Below, in pieces: positions 56,564-64,000 of a stretch of DNA of 64,000 nucleotides. Numbering within the stretch: position 1 is the stretch's first letter; each line of letters opens with the position of its first letter. The stretch is from Ignisphaera sp. (GTDB lineage Archaea > Thermoproteota > Thermoprotei_A > Sulfolobales > Ignisphaeraceae): NCBI GenBank assembly GCA_038889075.1, contig JAWAHS010000001.1:311764-375763 (forward strand), written 5' to 3'. Below the pieces are notes generated by a model. It ran no database searches. It was not told the origin of the DNA and was given only the letters and a program-made list of their open reading frames with translations. The position numbers and the translations under genes were made by a program.

Positions 56564-58078
56564 ATTGTTTTAGAAGAAAAACTGGAACCTCTATCAAAGA
56601 GTGAAATAGAGTTACTTAGAAAACTTATTGAAGTAGGCAAACCTATAGAGCTCTCAGAGCTTGCAGAGAGATACGGAATACCGTTAACAACAATCTCATC
56701 AGTAGCTGAGCTACTAAGATCTAAGAATATTGTAGTAGTTGAAGATGTTGAGAAGATATATGGATTGGTTTCTGAAGAAGGTCTAAGGTACATCGATGCA
56801 TTACCTGAAGAAAGGATTGCCTTAGTTTTAAAGGAATTAGGCGGTAGTGCACCGATAGATAAAATTGAAAATATGCTAGGCAAGGAGCAGGCAAATATTG
56901 GCATAGCATGGGCTAGAAAAAGAGGGTGGATTGTAGTAGAAGGGGGGAATGTAAAGCTAAAGGAGTTTAGAGTCCTTGAGGAACACCATAAGATGCTTAA
57001 AATGTTTATCAATAAGTGCGAGGTATCTCAAGAACTCCTAGAAAGTAGAGTATTTCAAGAGTTGGTTAAGAGGAGGCTTATAATTACTTCAAAGAAGAAG
57101 CTTAAAGTAATTAAGCTTGCCATTAGTGTAGATGAGGCTTTAAGGATTATTGAGTATGGTGAAGGAATCTCTAGATTAACACGTGATATAATTGTTAATA
57201 GAGTATGGGAGAAGGCTAGGATTAAACCATACAATATTGAGGCATTGCCTCCCATTAAATATTGTGGAAAGAAACACTTCTTCAAGGAATTCATAGAGAT
57301 GTTGAAAGAGATCATGGATAGTCTGGGTTTTAGTGAGGTAAAGGATGACTATGTTATACCAGAGCTGTGGAATTTCGATATACTATTCCAGGCGCAAGAT
57401 CATCCATCGAGGGACATCCACGATATACTTATAGTTGAAGGTAATGCAGATCTATCAGGCTATGCAGATATTGTTGAAAGAACTAGAAACGTTCATGAAA
57501 AGGGAGGCACGAGTGGTAGTATGGGGTGGGGATATAAATGGAGTTTAGAAAAGGCCTCCAAACTTATATTGAGGTCCCACACTACAGCGGTTACGGCTAG
57601 ATATCTGATGCTTTATAGGGAGCCTCCAGTAAGACTGTATACAATTGATAGAGTCTTTAGAAGGGATAACCCCGATGCTAGGCACTCGCCTGAATTCACA
57701 AATTTTGATGGAGTTATCATGGAGAGAGACTTCAGCTTTCGAAAACTCCTTGGACTACTTAGCCAGATACTAAAACAGCTAGGTATTAAAGAATTCAAAT
57801 TCAAACCAGCATACTTTCCATTCACAGAACCCAGCGTTGAAGGGTACGGCTATGTAGCAGGGTATGGATGGATTGAGGTATTCGGAGCTGGCATGTTCCG
57901 TCCCGAGGTTTTAGAAATACTTGGTATAAGATACCCTGTTGGTGCATGGGGAATGGGTGTGGAGAGGCTGGCCATGGTTGTATATGGCATAGAGGACATT
58001 AGACTGCTATTTTCAAGGGATATAGAGTTTGTTAGAAAGTTTCAAGTTTCAAGAGTATACAGATCTGAGGGTGTATAG
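56564..58078 (+). CDS. pheS: Phenylalanine-tRNA ligase alpha subunit, probable ATT start
   Basis: WNFDILF..QDHPSRD, RSHTT, HSPEF, YFPFTEPS and GAGMFRPE motifs; 67-codon in-frame winged-helix extension upstream of TTG 56765. Confidence 0.93.
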   Translation: MVLEEKLEPLSKSEIELLRKLIEVGKPIELSELAERYGIPLTTISSVAELLRSKNIVVVEDVEKIYGLVSEEGLRYIDALPEERIALVLKELGGSAPIDKIENMLGKEQANIGIAWARKRGWIVVEGGNVKLKEFRVLEEHHKMLKMFINKCEVSQELLESRVFQELVKRRLIITSKKKLKVIKLAISVDEALRIIEYGEGISRLTRDIIVNRVWEKARIKPYNIEALPPIKYCGKKHFFKEFIEMLKEIMDSLGFSEVKDDYVIPELWNFDILFQAQDHPSRDIHDILIVEGNADLSGYADIVERTRNVHEKGGTSGSMGWGYKWSLEKASKLILRSHTTAVTARYLMLYREPPVRLYTIDRVFRRDNPDARHSPEFTNFDGVIMERDFSFRKLLGLLSQILKQLGIKEFKFKPAYFPFTEPSVEGYGYVAGYGWIEVFGAGMFRPEVLEILGIRYPVGAWGMGVERLAMVVYGIEDIRLLFSRDIEFVRKFQVSRVYRSEGV

Positions 58079-58080
58079 AT

Positions 58081-59754
58081 GTGCCCGTAGTGAAAACTAA
58101 ACTAGCTAGGCTACTCAGTCTGATAGGCATAGATAATGTTGAGTTACTACGGGATGCATTATTTAATTTGAAGTGTGAATCTGAAATTAATGGAGAGGAA
58201 ATCTCTATAGAGGTTCAAAGCGATAGAGTTGACATGTTTTCAGTTGAGGGAATAGCCTATGCTGTAAGGCTTTACCTAGGAATGACAAGTCCATCTATTA
58301 TAGAAATTGAAAATATTGGATTTAGGGTCTATGTGGATATACCTTTAAAGAGACCGTATATAGCTATTGCAGCAGTTAGGAACATCAATTTAAATGAGGA
58401 TTTGTTAAAGGACTTGATAGAATTCCAAGAGAGGCTCCATATAACATATGGAAGAAATAGAAGGAGGGTTGCCATAGGCTTGCACGATCTAGATAAACTT
58501 CCCGCAAATACTATATTCTATCGTGATGTAGATGTAGATAACACATTTATGATTCCACTACACGATTATAGAAGGATGAGCGTAAGAGATGTGTTAAGGG
58601 TTACTGAACAGGGTATGTTATATGGATCTATAGCTATTAACGATAGTAAACACCCAGCAATACTATCTGGAGATGAAGTTATATCGCTTCCACCTGTCAT
58701 AAATAGTGATATAACGCGGTTAGAACCGTCTACGAAAAGTATTCTGATCGATGTTACTGGAACAGATATGAAGGCTGTTGAGGTAGTTCTGAATTCCATT
58801 ATACACGCACTCACAATACATAGCAAAAGCATCATGGCAGCTGAAATTCTGTATCCTCATCAAAAACTGGTTACACCTAACTTGGCATGGAGGAGGATAT
58901 CTGTAGACATCGATTTCATTTCCACGTGGCTTGGTCTTGAAAAAGAATACATTTATCATAAAGCTGGTTTAGCATTATCACGAACAGGATATATACTGAG
59001 TAGTGCCAACAAAAAGCATCTAGAGGTGCTGGTACCCTACTACCGAGCAGATATACTTCATCAAGTCGATGTTGTTGAAGATATGGCTATAGGGATAGGC
59101 TATAATAATATTGAGCTGGAACCTGTTGCACCTATTGAAATGAAAAAGAGGAAAGCTGGTAGGATTATTAGCAGTATATTAAGGGAGGTGCTGGTAGGAT
59201 TAGGGTATACGGAAACAAATACTTTGACAATGGTGCCGTCGAAATTCCTAGAGCTTATAAATGTGACGGATTTCATTAAGATAGTAAACGCACCATCTAC
59301 AGAGATGGATGCTTTAAGGAATAGTCTACTACAGTCTATGCTAATTCTTCTAGTTAATGCACAGCATCTACCCCTACCTATAAAACTGTTTGAAATAGGC
59401 GACGTTATCCTAAAATGTGATGGGTGCTATAATAGGTGGATTAATGAACAGAGAGCTGCGTGGGTTATCATGGATAGTGAAATTAAATTTGAGGATATAC
59501 ATGCAGATCTATATGTAGTTCTAAGGGAATTGATGTTGGATAATGTAGCTACCATAAAAAGGTGCTTTAAGCCGCCATTTATTAACGGTAGATGTGGGTG
59601 TATAGAGTTGAATAGTACATCTATTGGTGTGATAGGCGAGGTAGATCCGGAGGTACTCTTGAGAATTGGTATCGAGTACCCAGTTGCATGTGCTGAACTA
59701 TCTATAGATCAGCTCTCTATAGCTCTTAAGTCTAGGACTAGAAATAGCTACTAG
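58081..59754 (+). CDS. pheT: Phenylalanine-tRNA ligase beta subunit
   Basis: DRVDMFSVEG, QERLH..GRNRRRVAIGLHD, YRADILHQVDVVED and LFEIG motifs. Confidence 0.95.
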   Translation: MPVVKTKLARLLSLIGIDNVELLRDALFNLKCESEINGEEISIEVQSDRVDMFSVEGIAYAVRLYLGMTSPSIIEIENIGFRVYVDIPLKRPYIAIAAVRNINLNEDLLKDLIEFQERLHITYGRNRRRVAIGLHDLDKLPANTIFYRDVDVDNTFMIPLHDYRRMSVRDVLRVTEQGMLYGSIAINDSKHPAILSGDEVISLPPVINSDITRLEPSTKSILIDVTGTDMKAVEVVLNSIIHALTIHSKSIMAAEILYPHQKLVTPNLAWRRISVDIDFISTWLGLEKEYIYHKAGLALSRTGYILSSANKKHLEVLVPYYRADILHQVDVVEDMAIGIGYNNIELEPVAPIEMKKRKAGRIISSILREVLVGLGYTETNTLTMVPSKFLELINVTDFIKIVNAPSTEMDALRNSLLQSMLILLVNAQHLPLPIKLFEIGDVILKCDGCYNRWINEQRAAWVIMDSEIKFEDIHADLYVVLRELMLDNVATIKRCFKPPFINGRCGCIELNSTSIGVIGEVDPEVLLRIGIEYPVACAELSIDQLSIALKSRTRNSY

Positions 59755-59790
59755 TATTGAACTGCATACCTACTGATATAGGGTGTTTAC

Positions 59791-60876
59791 ATGGATATAG
59801 ACAGTAAGATTAGTATAATTAAGAGAAATACTGTTGAAATTATTACTGAGGACGAACTTAGACTACTCCTTGGTGAGGGTAGAAGGCTCAGAGGATACAT
59901 AGGGTTTGAACCTAGTGGCATCTTTCACATAGGCTGGCTTGTATGGAGCTACAAATTTAAGGATTTAGTTGATGTAGGTGTTGAGATGATACTATTTGCT
60001 GCTACATGGCATGCTTGGATAAATGATAAACTTGGTGGTAGAATTGAATTGATAAGAGCAGCAGCGAGGCACGTTGTAAAGGTTTTGGAGTCTATAGGAG
60101 TTAATATGACGAGAGTTAGGGTAGTGTTTTCCGACGAACTAGTCAATAGGATAGATTACTGGGAGAAGGTGTTAAAGATTGCAAAGAATGTTAGTCTAAG
60201 TAGAGTTAGGAGAGCTCTAACAATCATGGGTAGAAGAGCAGATGAAGCAGAGCTGGATTTCTCCAAACTTATATACCCATTGATGCAGGTAGCCGATATA
60301 TTTGAAATGGACCTAGATATAGCACTAGGTGGAATCGATCAGAGAAAAGCCCATATGTTGGCTAGAGATGTTGCTGAAAAGCTAGGTTTTAGAAAACCTA
60401 TAGCAATACATACTCCCCTACTTCCATCATTAAAAGGTGTAAGCAGAATGTCTTTTGAAGGTATGGAGATCGATGAAGTAATGTCTGAAATTAAAATGAG
60501 CAAGTCTAGACCCGAAGAAGCACTGTTTATTACAGATGACGATGAAAGCATCAGAAAGAAGATAAGAGGGGCATATTGTCCACCAAAGGAAATAGAAAAT
60601 AATCCTATACTACATATAGCTAAATACATAGTATTTGGACAAGGAGAAAGAAGATTTACAATATACCGTAAGCCAGAGCACGGAGGAACCATCGATGTTT
60701 ATAGCTATGACGAGCTTGAAGCACTTTATAGGGATGGGAAACTCCATCCGCTGGATTTAAAGAATGCTATAGCAGATGAGCTTATAAAGGTTATTAAACC
60801 TATTAGAGAAGCACTATACAGTGAAAAAGAGCTTTGGATAGAGCTTAGAGAGATAGAGAAGAGCGTTACAAGGTGA
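59791..60876 (+). CDS. tyrS: Tyrosine-tRNA ligase
   Basis: YIGFEPSG..HIG, YPLMQVAD, GGIDQRK, KMSKS and LHPLDLK motifs. Confidence 0.96.
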   Translation: MDIDSKISIIKRNTVEIITEDELRLLLGEGRRLRGYIGFEPSGIFHIGWLVWSYKFKDLVDVGVEMILFAATWHAWINDKLGGRIELIRAAARHVVKVLESIGVNMTRVRVVFSDELVNRIDYWEKVLKIAKNVSLSRVRRALTIMGRRADEAELDFSKLIYPLMQVADIFEMDLDIALGGIDQRKAHMLARDVAEKLGFRKPIAIHTPLLPSLKGVSRMSFEGMEIDEVMSEIKMSKSRPEEALFITDDDESIRKKIRGAYCPPKEIENNPILHIAKYIVFGQGERRFTIYRKPEHGGTIDVYSYDELEALYRDGKLHPLDLKNAIADELIKVIKPIREALYSEKELWIELREIEKSVTR

Positions 60877-60895
60877 AACCTAAGTTAAATGGGGA

Positions 60896-62191
60896 TTGAG
60901 TACAATGGCCAAGTATGTTATAAGAGCAAAAATAGAAATAGATGGAGAAGTAGAGAAATCGGATATCATAGGAGCAATATTCGGATTCACAGAGGGAATG
61001 TTTGGTGAAGAATTCGATTTAAGAGACCTTCAGGATAAGGGAAGAATAGGGAGGATAAGCGTTGATATAAAGTCTGAAAAGGGAAAAACTATAGGGGAAA
61101 TACTCATACCATCCAATCTAGATAGAGTTGAAACAGCTCTTCTTGGAGCCATGATAGAGGGTATTGAGAAGGTGGGACCCTATCAAGCTAAAATACAAGT
61201 CATAGATATCGTTGACATTAGGGCAGAAAAACTTAAGAAGATTATGGAGAGGGCATCAGAGCTCGCTAAAAAATTCTTCATAGAGAAAACGCCAGATCTT
61301 AAAGAAGTACTAGGACATATATCTGAGAGTATAAGAATTGCTGAGCTAGTACTATATGGACCCGAGAAACTGCCAGCTGGACCGGATGTCGATAAAAGTG
61401 ATACCATAATCATCGTAGAGGGTAGGGCGGATGTTCTAAACATGCTACGCTATGGATATAGAAACGTCATAGCGCTAGAAGGAGCACATGGTACAAAGAT
61501 TCCCGAAGTTATAATTAAATTAGCATCCAAAAAGAATACCATTCTTTTCGTTGATGGAGATAGAATGGGAGAATTGATAGCCAGAGACGTTGTAAAGGTG
61601 GCTGATATTGATTATATTGCTAGAGCTCCACCTGGAAAGGAAGTTGAAGAATTAACTGGGAAGGAGATAGCTAAGGCTCTAAAGAATCTCATACCAGCTA
61701 AGCAATTTGTAGAAATGATTGAAAAGAAGCCAGTAGAGACTGTGCCAGAGATACAGCAGCCACAGACTATCGAACAGGTTCAGCAAATTAAACAGGAAGC
61801 TACCGCTACAACTGCCACGGAGGTGCAGCAAATTACCCCAATGCCAGAGATGAAAGTTGAGGCTAAACCATCTGAAGCATTTGAAATACCTCTTACTGTA
61901 ATTAATGAAGGGAAAAAACTTTTGGGAACATTAGAGGCTATGCTTTTCGATAACAATTGGAATGTCATTGATAGGATATCAGTAAGAGATCTCATTGAAA
62001 AAATGCAACAGCTGGATTACGGTAAAGTCCAAGCAGTAGTTTTCGACGGTATAGTAACACAGAGACTCTTAGATGTAGCCTCATCAAAAGGGGTAAAATT
62101 GGTCATAGGAATTAGAATAGGAAATATATCAAAAAAGCCGGATAATATAATTGTTATGACATTTCAGGATATATTTGGTGTGTCGTCTTAA
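60896..62191 (+). CDS. dnaG: Archaeal DnaG (exosome-associated TOPRIM protein)
   Basis: DIIGAIFG.TEG, VEGRADV, DGDRMGE, GKEVEEL and FDGIVTQRL motifs. Confidence 0.95.
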   Translation: MSTMAKYVIRAKIEIDGEVEKSDIIGAIFGFTEGMFGEEFDLRDLQDKGRIGRISVDIKSEKGKTIGEILIPSNLDRVETALLGAMIEGIEKVGPYQAKIQVIDIVDIRAEKLKKIMERASELAKKFFIEKTPDLKEVLGHISESIRIAELVLYGPEKLPAGPDVDKSDTIIIVEGRADVLNMLRYGYRNVIALEGAHGTKIPEVIIKLASKKNTILFVDGDRMGELIARDVVKVADIDYIARAPPGKEVEELTGKEIAKALKNLIPAKQFVEMIEKKPVETVPEIQQPQTIEQVQQIKQEATATTATEVQQITPMPEMKVEAKPSEAFEIPLTVINEGKKLLGTLEAMLFDNNWNVIDRISVRDLIEKMQQLDYGKVQAVVFDGIVTQRLLDVASSKGVKLVIGIRIGNISKKPDNIIVMTFQDIFGVSS

Positions 62192-62363
62192 AGTTTTATA
62201 TAGTAAAGGAATCTTATTTAATTATTTTCTCATACTTACTGCCCCTATAAAAGTAGTGCATCCTTTAAACCTCTTTATCAATACTTCGAAATTTTCCATC
62301 AAATAAACAGTTTAGAACACCATAATAGAGAGCGCCATAGATAACATATATTATCACTGTAAA

Positions 62364-63608
62364 TCATCTTATACCTACTTTGCCATCAAGATGATTCTTA
62401 TATCTATATCCTATCCTGGCAGCAAAGGTGTATAGTAGTGGCGATAGAAGTAGAAGAATCGAGGATATGATCACTCCGTACTTCACTGAGCCTGTAGCTG
62501 AAACTACGTAGCCATTTACAATCGAGGAGGTTATACCCGCAAGAGGTACCGCGGAAACATATATGCGGCTAATTTTTCCAATATAATTTAGCGGTATAGC
62601 ATCACTAATTATAGACCAGAACGATGGTGTCGAAATTCTCCACATAAGTATTGATAGCGATGCTAATGACATAATTATAAGAGAAGATGATGTAGTAAGT
62701 ACTGTAGATAGGAGTAGTATGGATGAAGATACAAGCCCTACATACAGGATCATCAATCTTCCCCGTAAACCTCCTATTCTATCTGAATATGTCCCTGCTG
62801 AAACCTCTAAGATGCCTGAAATGGTAGCTATAAGAAACATGTAGATTGCTATATAGTTGTAACTAAACTTTAGTTCATTAATTAAGAATGTTGAGAGCCA
62901 ATTAATTAAAAGACTCCACGTATATACCGCACAGAAGTGTGCTAGAAAAAGCTGTATTGCAATCTTAACGATATCTTTTTGTATTATATTTGGGTAACGA
63001 ACATCAACTTGCTGATCCTGGCGAAATATACTACCTTTAATTTCTATACCACCTCTGATAACGGCGTTCCATATGGCGGTTACGATAGGTATATAGATAA
63101 GTACTGGAAGACCAGCTACAATTACAGCAACCCTCCAGCTACTTCCTCCCACTAGTGCCATAACTATGTAAGATAATGCCATTCCAGCCATAGAACCGAA
63201 ATTGAATACTGCTGTTGAATAACCGTAACTCCTACTACTCGTATATACCGTTACAATCTTTGTACATGTAGGCCAGACAAATGGTAGTGAAAGACTTAGT
63301 AGTAATCTAGCCGTATTTAATTCAATTAAGTTTCTAGAGAATGCGGTCAATAACGATGAAAATAGTGAAACCAGCATAACAATAACTATAACCATTAAGG
63401 GATTTAGTTTATCCACATACCTCCCAATGGTAAGTGGAGCAATAAACGTTGCAAAAGTCCATAAAGCCATCAGAATCCCAATTAAGCTATAGTCTATATT
63501 AAGCTCTGCCACTATAAGGGGTAGAGCTGTACCGAACATGCTAATCTGTAGGGACGATATCGTTGTAAACCCTAGACAAGTCAGTGGTATTATGTGTTCT
63601 ATCTTCAT
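62364..63608 (-). CDS. MFS transporter
   Basis: 12 TM helices; GRYVDK and GTYSDRIG loop motifs. Confidence 0.85.
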   Translation of the reverse strand: MKIEHIIPLTCLGFTTISSLQISMFGTALPLIVAELNIDYSLIGILMALWTFATFIAPLTIGRYVDKLNPLMVIVIVMLVSLFSSLLTAFSRNLIELNTARLLLSLSLPFVWPTCTKIVTVYTSSRSYGYSTAVFNFGSMAGMALSYIVMALVGGSSWRVAVIVAGLPVLIYIPIVTAIWNAVIRGGIEIKGSIFRQDQQVDVRYPNIIQKDIVKIAIQLFLAHFCAVYTWSLLINWLSTFLINELKFSYNYIAIYMFLIATISGILEVSAGTYSDRIGGLRGRLMILYVGLVSSSILLLSTVLTTSSSLIIMSLASLSILMWRISTPSFWSIISDAIPLNYIGKISRIYVSAVPLAGITSSIVNGYVVSATGSVKYGVIISSILLLLSPLLYTFAARIGYRYKNHLDGKVGIR

Positions 63609-63705
63609 GGCTAAATACCATGGGCTGTACTGGTTAACTGCTAGTTAAAATATTTTCAGTAAGAAGCCTGTCAATTAATAACTATCATCTTACATCTGAC
63701 TGAAT

Positions 63706-63999
63706 TCAGCATATATCTTTTATCATTAGGTAGGCGTCTTCACCATTACTATAGTATCTCGGTATTCTAGCTTGAATTCTATATCCAATTGATTCGTAAA
63801 GTAGTATAGCTATGGAGTTCGATACTCTGACCTCCAGCCTATATAGACACACATTGAATAGTTTTTTCATTAGCTCTTCAATTCTATTCATTAGCTGTTT
63901 TCCGATACCTCTCCTGCGATATTCAGGATCTACACAGAGTGATACTATATGGCCAAATCCATCTCTTCTTACGAGCCCCGAAACGTAGCCTACTATTCT
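63706..63999 (-). CDS. RimI/Ard1-type GNAT N-acetyltransferase (5' end outside the window)
   Basis: GHIVSLCVDPEYRRRGIG, LEVRVSN..A..LY and YYSNGEDAYLM motifs. Confidence 0.9.
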   Translation of the reverse strand, partial: RIVGYVSGLVRRDGFGHIVSLCVDPEYRRRGIGKQLMNRIEELMKKLFNVCLYRLEVRVSNSIAILLYESIGYRIQARIPRYYSNGEDAYLMIKDIC

Positions 64000-64000
64000 G

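Noticed and set aside
56542-57012. 156-aa minus-strand ORF
   Set aside because: Antisense shadow of the extended pheS frame.
61730-61870. Q/T/E/P-rich stretch in dnaG as a repeat or intein
   Set aside because: Ordinary low-complexity linker of archaeal DnaG; no intein motifs.
1-64000. CRISPR array or cas genes
   Set aside because: No regularly spaced direct repeats seen; the only RuvC protein is an IS607-linked TnpB.

Overview
AT-rich crenarchaeal chromosome segment. The gene content (Rpo13, CedA/CedA1, an unlinked 5S rRNA, box C/D sRNAs) points to a Desulfurococcales-type hyperthermophile, possibly Ignisphaera-like; this assignment is inference. Most of the window is housekeeping: a split L3-L4-L23 / S19-L2 ribosomal cluster, the rpoL-csl4-dph2-L10e-trmJ-ksgA-rpo4-L21e-pus10-srp54-aIF5A cluster, leuCD, pheA, map, pheST-tyrS-dnaG, tRNA-Gln(TTG), tRNA-Val(TAC) and 5S rRNA. 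Highlights: (1) A nested mobile mosaic at 27.4-29.4 kb. An IS607 element (broken tnpA; tnpB lacking the RuvC-III Asp) carries a 272-bp protein-free insertion made of a left end, a TATA box, an omega-RNA-like scaffold and a right end. A second member of this mini-element family lies at 44.8-45.1 kb. (2) Two divergent TrmY paralogs with complementary motif loss, a candidate heterodimer. (3) pheS and a DUF1512 gene apparently start at ATT or another non-canonical codon. (4) A cedA1-cedA-small membrane gene cluster follows an Lhr helicase inside the broken ribosomal operon, with no cedB in the window. (5) Several unannotated C/D sRNAs and a small basic ORF upstream of rpl3. All calls come from motif recognition by eye; no searches were run.
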